Source of the DNA: Erysipelotrichales bacterium
GTDB lineage: Bacteria > Bacillota_I > Bacilli_A > RFN20 > CAG-826
Assembly: GCA_022508525.1 (NCBI GenBank)
Contig: JAFLVA010000001.1
Span: 90,879 to 154,878, forward strand
DNA length: 64,000 bases
Reading direction: 5' to 3'
Shown here: positions 58,224 to 64,000 of the stretch, in pieces
Numbering within the stretch: the stretch's first letter is position 1
Layout of the letters: each line of letters begins with the position of its first letter
The notes under the pieces: model-generated
What the model saw: only the letters and a program-made list of their open reading frames with translations
Told to the model about the DNA's origin: nothing
Database searches by the model: none
Position numbers and translations under genes: made by a program

Positions 58224-58915
58224 GAATTGTTCCTCCTAAGAATTGACTCAAGAAGAATCAAATCACTTTCTGTTGTAATCTTGAAATTTTGTTTATTACC
58301 TTCGACAATATAATATTTTTTGTTGAGAAGACACATAAGCTGGGCATCATCAGTTGCACTTTTAATACCTTCTTTTAAAGCTTTTTTATGAGCTCTCAAA
58401 ATTGCACCATATTTAAATGCTTGAGGTGTTTGAATACTTATGAGATCATCACGGTCTATAGTTTCTAAGAATTTATGATTTTTAACTTTTATTGTTGTGT
58501 CTACAACTTTTGTTCCTAAAGAAGCGGAAGTGTGTTTTTCCATAGCCAAAATTAAGTTATTAATATCTTCATTACTAATAAGTGGCCGTGCAGCATCATG
58601 AATAATAACTATATCATCTTTAATAGCAAAGCCATTTAAAGCCATTAGAGCATTGTAAGATGATTCTTGGCGATATTTTCCGCCCTCTACAATTAAATGT
58701 ACTTTATCAAATGAATACTCTTCAATGATTTGATACATTTTCTTGAAATACTTACGCTTTGTTACAATGACTACTTCATCAATATTCTTATTATTTTCAA
58801 ATGTTGTAAGAGAGTAATAAATCAAAGGTTTATTTAATATTTCTAGAAATTGCTTTGGTGTTGTATTATTCATTCGTTTACCAGAACCGGATGCTAGTAA
58901 AATTAAATAGTTCAT
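58220..58915 (-). CDS. ispD: 2-C-methyl-D-erythritol 4-phosphate cytidylyltransferase
   Basis: LILLASGSGKRM, IHDAARP, QTPQAF. ATGA overlap with the downstream S1-pgi ORF. Confidence 0.9.
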   Translation of the reverse strand: MNYLILLASGSGKRMNNTTPKQFLEILNKPLIYYSLTTFENNKNIDEVVIVTKRKYFKKMYQIIEEYSFDKVHLIVEGGKYRQESSYNALMALNGFAIKDDIVIIHDAARPLISNEDINNLILAMEKHTSASLGTKVVDTTIKVKNHKFLETIDRDDLISIQTPQAFKYGAILRAHKKALKEGIKSATDDAQLMCLLNKKYYIVEGNKQNFKITTESDLILLESILRRNNS

Positions 58916-58961
58916 ACAATCACCTCTTTACCATTGCTTATTATAAAACAAATAAATCAAG

Positions 58962-58993
58962 AACAAAAGAAAAAGTGAATTATAAATTCACTT
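58962..58993 (-). terminator. Rho-independent terminator after the HAD gene
   Basis: aagtgaat-tataa-attcactt hairpin followed on the minus strand by TTTTCTTTTG. Confidence 0.7.
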
Positions 58994-59032
58994 ATTATTT
59001 CTTTTATGTAGTAATTAAACTTTTGATCTAAA

Positions 59033-59863
59033 TTAGTTTTCTGTTAATTTGTTTTCAAATGTCAACAATTCTGCGCTTATTGCGACAGAATTTATGATGA
59101 GTTTTAAAACTTTTTCTAATTGACTGTTGCTTGAGTAATCCGCTTTACAAATAAAATTAACGCGGTTTTCATCATATAATTCTTTTGCTTTATTTTTTGA
59201 ATCTGGTGTATAAACTGCAATAGATTTTCCGCCACTTTCTTTAACTAAAGCCATACATGGAATATCAGTCATTCCATCTCCTAGATAGACAATATTTTGA
59301 TATGGAACACGTTTGTTTTCGATTCTTCTATTTACATTGTTATCGTCAGAAATGTCTAAGACACCTTTAGTAATTCGATAAATAAATTGTGTTTTTGCTG
59401 TATAATTAATAGTTAATTTTGGCCAAACTGGCTCATTGTTATCATCAAATAAGAATTCACAACCATATATTGCTTTAAATTCATCGGCAATGGCACAGCC
59501 GTCAATTATTTCTTTAGTTCCAGATGATACTAAATAGTGCTCAACATTAACACCTACTGAAGCACCATATTCGTTAATCCTTTTAAACCAAGTAGAAACA
59601 CCAGAGAAAAATTTAATGTCTTTTCCTAAGTTTTTTAAGTACTCTTTAGTAAGTTTGATGCCTTTTTGTTTTGAAAGATAAACCATCATATACATATATG
59701 ATAAAATTCTTTCAACATTGGTTTTTTCAGAAAAAATTGATACTTCATTCCAGAATTCACTTGGTGTCATACCTAGGGCAGGAATAAAAGAATAGTTTTG
59801 CATATCCTCTTTACATAAAGTTTTATCGAAGTCATATACAATAGCAATGATAGGTTTTTTCAT
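59033..59863 (-). CDS. HAD-superfamily hydrolase
   Basis: VYDFDKTL (DxDxT), SSGT, GDGMTD. Start set at MKKPII after GGAGG. Confidence 0.7.
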   Translation of the reverse strand: MKKPIIAIVYDFDKTLCKEDMQNYSFIPALGMTPSEFWNEVSIFSEKTNVERILSYMYMMVYLSKQKGIKLTKEYLKNLGKDIKFFSGVSTWFKRINEYGASVGVNVEHYLVSSGTKEIIDGCAIADEFKAIYGCEFLFDDNNEPVWPKLTINYTAKTQFIYRITKGVLDISDDNNVNRRIENKRVPYQNIVYLGDGMTDIPCMALVKESGGKSIAVYTPDSKNKAKELYDENRVNFICKADYSSNSQLEKVLKLIINSVAISAELLTFENKLTEN

Positions 59864-60094
59864 AATTTCCTCCAAACATACAAAATATGTTTCCAATATA
59901 ATAATAACTTAAATTTCTTTTGTTGTAAATAATCCCGTCATAAAGCGATTTTTTGTGATTTTTGAGTTTTAAATATGATTGGAAAATTATAAGAGATTAC
60001 CATCGTAATTGGATAGATATAATTTTAGTGTAATTAATACTTATTTTCTTGAATAAAATTTTGATAAAATATAAAATGTTTTTGGAGGAAAAGT

Positions 60095-60652
60095 ATGTTT
60101 TTAATAGAAGGCGCAACGTATCAATTAACAATAGTTCAAATTATATTAATATCGCTTGGAGCGCTATTGTTTTTGTTCTTTATTTTTGAAGTTGTTGCCC
60201 TTAGTCTTTTAACCAAACACAATGACCGTATAGAAAAAAGAAACCATAATGTAAATATTTTATTGGCACAAAAATATGATATTTTGATTTTAATTGCGAG
60301 AATATTCAAAAAATATAATTTGGAAATACCTAGTGAATTTGAAGAAGAATTATCACCTAAAATGGAAGATTCTTTAAGAAACTTAACTTTAACAGAAAGA
60401 TTAACTGTTAAAGCGTATTTAATGAAAGCTTCACAAAGTCTCTTATATTTTGCAGAAACCAACAAAAATGTTAAAAATGATAACGAATTTAAAATATTGA
60501 AAAAGTCTCTTTTGACTATAGATGTTAATTATCGAAAAGCAATTTCTTTATATAATGCTGATGCTCTAGGATTTAATTATTGGATTCATTTTCCATTGTT
60601 TCGTCCGATAGCAATAGTTAAAAGATTTAAAGACAAAGAAATTCTTTCGTAA
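60095..60652 (+). CDS. LemA-like membrane protein
   Basis: N-terminal TM. C-terminal YRKAISLYNADALGFNYWIHFPLFRPIA resembles the LemA R..YN....YN....P...A motif. Confidence 0.45.
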   Translation: MFLIEGATYQLTIVQIILISLGALLFLFFIFEVVALSLLTKHNDRIEKRNHNVNILLAQKYDILILIARIFKKYNLEIPSEFEEELSPKMEDSLRNLTLTERLTVKAYLMKASQSLLYFAETNKNVKNDNEFKILKKSLLTIDVNYRKAISLYNADALGFNYWIHFPLFRPIAIVKRFKDKEILS

Positions 60653-60757
60653 TATATATGAACAGATGATTTTAGTCACTAGTGACTATTTTAAGCATAT
60701 TACTTTTTTTCATAAAGAAAATGTGTATAATAATATACTTGGAAGAGGTGTTTTAAA

Positions 60758-62359
60758 ATGAATAATTTACCAATTGTTTTAGTTATTATGGATGGCTATG
60801 GTATTAGGAAAGAATTATACGGCAATGCTATTGCAGAAGCAAAAAAACCTAATCTTGATATGCTAATGGCAAAATATCCAATGACTTTAATTGAAGCATC
60901 GGGAGAATACGTGGGATTACCTGATGGTCAAATGGGAAATTCAGAAGTAGGCCATTTAAATCTTGGAGCTGGAAGAATTGTATATCAGTCGTTGAGCTTG
61001 CTTAATAAAGCAGTTAAAGATGGCGAGTTTTATAAAAATGAACATTATCTTAATGCAATAAATCACGTAAAAAAGAATCACTCACACTTACATATAATGG
61101 GTTTATTATCTGATGGTGGTGTTCACTCACATATTAATCATATTATTGCCATGATTCGTATGGCTAAAAAAGAAGGATTAGATGATGTATTTGTGCATGC
61201 TTTTATGGATGGAAGAGATGTTGATCCTCAAGTAGGAGCAAGCTATGTAAAACAAATTGTTGATGTTATGGAAGAAGAACATTTTGGTCATTTAGCAGAT
61301 ATATCCGGTCGTTATTATGCGATGGATAGAGATAAAAATTTAGAACGCAATGATGTTAGTTACCGTGTAATGGTTGATCATGATGGTCCTAGTTTTGAAA
61401 ATTATGAAGAATTCTTTAAGGAACAATATGCTTATTTACCTACAACTGGTAAAGATGCATCTGATGAATTTATAGTTCCGCATTACAATGCTAAAGTCGA
61501 TGGAAGAATCAAGGATGATGATGCAGTTATCTTTATGAACTTTAGACCTGATCGTGCAATACAAATTGGAACTATACTATCAAATCCACATTTCTATGAG
61601 AATCCACCTAAAAAAGAAGATGGCACACTTGCTTATAAACCATATGTTCCAAATCATGTATTAAAAAATATTTTCTTTGTTTCGACAATGAAATACGCAG
61701 ATTCTGTAAAGGGTGAAATTGCGTTTGCTTTACCTTCATTAAATAATACATTTGGCGAATGGCTAGCTAATAATGGCTATAAACAACTTCGTATTGCAGA
61801 AACTGAAAAATACGCTCATGTTACATTCTTCTTTGATGGAACTATAAATTATGATGGTGTAGAAAAACCAGAATTAAAAGGATGCCGTAGAGTATTAGTT
61901 AATTCGCCAAAAGTTGCAACATATGATATGCAACCAGAAATGTCTGCGTATGAAGTAACAGATAAATTACTCATGGAATTAGATAAAAAGGATTTAGATG
62001 TAGTTATTCTCAATTTTGCAAACTGTGATATGGTTGGACATACTGCTGTAGAACCTGCTGTTGTTAAGGCTGTTGAAACAGTAGATGAATGTGTTGGTAA
62101 GATTTATAACTATATACAAAAAAATGGTGGCACAATGTTAATTACTGCAGATCATGGTAATGCTGATATCATTAAGGATGAGGAAGGAAAACCATTTACA
62201 GCACATACAACAAGTAAAGTTCCAGTTATAATTACACGTGAAGATTTGAAACTTCAACAAGATGGTGGAAAACTATCAAATATTGCTCCAACTATTATCG
62301 ATTTATTAGGTGCAGAAAAACCAATTGAGATGTCCGAAGATAGCTTAATTATTAAATAG
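60758..62359 (+). CDS. gpmI: 2,3-bisphosphoglycerate-independent phosphoglycerate mutase
   Basis: LVIMDGYG, NSEVGHLNLGAGR, LLSDGGVHSH, NFANCDMVGHT, TADHGNA. Confidence 0.96.
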   Translation: MNNLPIVLVIMDGYGIRKELYGNAIAEAKKPNLDMLMAKYPMTLIEASGEYVGLPDGQMGNSEVGHLNLGAGRIVYQSLSLLNKAVKDGEFYKNEHYLNAINHVKKNHSHLHIMGLLSDGGVHSHINHIIAMIRMAKKEGLDDVFVHAFMDGRDVDPQVGASYVKQIVDVMEEEHFGHLADISGRYYAMDRDKNLERNDVSYRVMVDHDGPSFENYEEFFKEQYAYLPTTGKDASDEFIVPHYNAKVDGRIKDDDAVIFMNFRPDRAIQIGTILSNPHFYENPPKKEDGTLAYKPYVPNHVLKNIFFVSTMKYADSVKGEIAFALPSLNNTFGEWLANNGYKQLRIAETEKYAHVTFFFDGTINYDGVEKPELKGCRRVLVNSPKVATYDMQPEMSAYEVTDKLLMELDKKDLDVVILNFANCDMVGHTAVEPAVVKAVETVDECVGKIYNYIQKNGGTMLITADHGNADIIKDEEGKPFTAHTTSKVPVIITREDLKLQQDGGKLSNIAPTIIDLLGAEKPIEMSEDSLIIK

Positions 62360-62381
62360 GATTGTGAAAACAATCCTTTTA
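62358..62381 (+). terminator. Rho-independent terminator after gpmI
   Basis: aggattgt-gaaa-acaatcct followed by TTTT. Overlaps the stop codon. Confidence 0.8.
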
Positions 62382-62600
62382 GTTTCAAAAGTAAAAAATC
62401 TATATGTAAACATTGAGATTTATATGTTAGAAACTAATTATTTATTTAGTTAAGTTTTAGTAAGTGCTAAGTATATACTAATTACCAACTATTATTAGTA
62501 GATAATGTGCAGCAATTTAGTATATTTAATTAATGTTAAATATTTTTAATGTTATAGTAAAAATATAGTATAATTTTATATAAGAAAGAGGTCGTTATTT

Positions 62601-64000
62601 ATGAAATTTGAAGAATATCCAATGGTAATTCCTAATTTAGAGGAATTGGCTAAGAAACATGAAAAAATAATACAAAAAATTGAAAATAGCAAAACAGCAA
62701 ACGAGCAAATAAAAGTAGTTCGTGAAATGTTCAAACTCACTGACTATGTATCAACGATATTTACTGTTATCTCAATCCGTTATTCGTTAGATACAACAAA
62801 TGAAGAATACATAAAAGCACAAGAAATTGCTGATGAAGTCGCACCGCAATTACAAGTATATAGTGACAAAATAAATAAACTATTAATAAATTCTCCTTTT
62901 CGCAAAGAATTAGAAGAAACATTTGGTGAATACTTCTTTAAACAAGTTGAAATATCATTAAAATGTTTTGATGAGAAAATTGTTGAAGATTTACAACAAG
63001 AAAACAAACTCGTCTCAAAATATAATAAAGTAATGGCAAGTGCAAAAATAAAATTTGAAGGCCAAGTTTATAATTTGTCTCAAATGGGAAAATTTACTAC
63101 AGATGTAGATCGTGAAAGAAGAAAGAATGCTACTAAGGCAGTGGCAAAATTTTTTGAAAAAAATCATGAAGAAATAGGACAAATTTATGATGAATTAGTT
63201 CATCTTCGTGATGGAATGGCAAAAAAATTAGGATTTAAAAATTATGTTGAGCTTGGATATCTTGCTTTAGGACGCACTGATTATGATGCAGAAATGGTAA
63301 AAGTGTACCGTAAGCAAATCGAAGACTATTTTGTACCAGTTTGGAAAAAATTATTTAAACGCCAAATGAAACGAATTAAAGTAAAAGGTCCAAGATTCTA
63401 CGATATGGGCTTAAATTATTTAACAGGAAATCCTATTCCTCAAGGAACTCCAGATGAACTAGTAGAAAAGGCACGTGAAATGTATAAAGAAATGTCTAAA
63501 GAAACCGGCGAATTCTTTGATTTTATGACAGAAAATCACTTGATGGATTTAGTTGCAAAACCAGGGAAACAAGGTGGCGGATATATGACTTATTTGCCTG
63601 ATTACAAAGCACCATTTATTTTCTCAAACTTTAACGGAACATCAGGAGATGTTGATGTATTAACTCATGAATTTGGTCACGCATATCAAGGTTATTGTGC
63701 AAGAAACATGAAAGTGCCTACTTATCGTAGCCCAACTTTAGAAGCTTGTGAAATTCATTCAATGTCTATGGAGTTCTTTGCTTGGCCTTGGATGGATAAA
63801 TTCTTTGGAAAAGATGATGATAAATATCGTTATGCCCATTTAGCAGACGCAATTATGTTCCTTCCATATGGTGCAACAGTTGATGAATTCCAGCACTTTG
63901 TCTATGAAAATCCTAATGCAAGTCATAATGAAAGATGCGCAAAGTGGCGTGAAATAGAAAAAAAATATACTCCATTAAAGTCTTATAAAGGATATAAAGT
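62601..64000 (+). CDS. M3-family oligoendopeptidase (PepF-like), 3'-partial. It is not in the ORF track because it runs off the window.
   Basis: Own translation from the ATG at 62601 (RBS AAGAAAGAGG) is open to the window end. It contains THEFGHAYQ (HExxH) and EACEIHSMSMEFF. Confidence 0.85.
   Translation, partial: MKFEEYPMVIPNLEELAKKHEKIIQKIENSKTANEQIKVVREMFKLTDYVSTIFTVISIRYSLDTTNEEYIKAQEIADEVAPQLQVYSDKINKLLINSPFRKELEETFGEYFFKQVEISLKCFDEKIVEDLQQENKLVSKYNKVMASAKIKFEGQVYNLSQMGKFTTDVDRERRKNATKAVAKFFEKNHEEIGQIYDELVHLRDGMAKKLGFKNYVELGYLALGRTDYDAEMVKVYRKQIEDYFVPVWKKLFKRQMKRIKVKGPRFYDMGLNYLTGNPIPQGTPDELVEKAREMYKEMSKETGEFFDFMTENHLMDLVAKPGKQGGGYMTYLPDYKAPFIFSNFNGTSGDVDVLTHEFGHAYQGYCARNMKVPTYRSPTLEACEIHSMSMEFFAWPWMDKFFGKDDDKYRYAHLADAIMFLPYGATVDEFQHFVYENPNASHNERCAKWREIEKKYTPLKSYKGYK

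Noticed and set aside
1-64000. Alternative genetic code (TGA = Trp, as in Mollicutes) given the very low GC
   Set aside because: TGA clearly terminates conserved genes at the expected length (for example mutL at 37665-37667, overlapping the miaA ATG), and all core ORFs are intact under code 11.
1-64000. CRISPR arrays, IS elements with terminal inverted repeats, rRNA genes, toxin-antitoxin pairs or a known multi-gene defence system
   Set aside because: By-eye scan of the intergenic regions found no regularly spaced direct repeats, no transposase ORFs and no recognisable defence gene sets. A by-eye scan cannot exclude diverged or very short elements.

Overview
AT-rich (about 30% GC by eye), standard-code (TGA is a stop) chromosomal segment from a spore-forming low-GC Firmicute. 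Gene order closely follows Bacillus subtilis: cmk-der, spoIVA-hbs, dapB-cca, dnaD-nth / ponA-recU, gpsB-rnpB, pgsA-cinA-recA-rny-ymdB-spoVS-miaB-ymcA, cotE-mutS-mutL-miaA, ispF-gltX, rpoE-fba, yunB..nfu. Most of the window is housekeeping or sporulation core. RNA features: an FMN riboswitch upstream of ribU, a compact RNase P RNA, and a five-tRNA operon (Val-Tyr-Gln-Lys-Leu, minus strand, CCA encoded). Accessory or unusual parts: (1) The first ~2.9 kb is the right end of an integrated element (553-aa large serine recombinase plus an FRG-domain gene). It abuts a 5'-truncated spmA next to an intact spmB, so it may be a skin/SPbeta-style sporulation-gene intervening element. (2) A four-gene lipoprotein operon: two internally duplicated paralogous lipoproteins, a BspA-type LRR protein and an M6/InhA-like metalloprotease. 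(3) A 161-aa protein with 24 cysteines (CCCC and CCCCC runs) in the recU-gpsB interval, a possible spore coat or appendage protein. (4) An in-frame S1-domain (YugI/GSP13-like)-Pgi fusion with an internal GGAGG-N8-ATG. (5) A 224-aa head-and-neck-only CCA-enzyme homologue. (6) Two tandem ATPase-FtsX-type fused ABC transporters. I found no CRISPR array, IS element or recognisable multi-gene defence system. The most system-like candidate is the recombinase element splitting spmA, and it cannot be completed because it runs off the window start. All homology calls rest on motif recognition by eye, not database searches.
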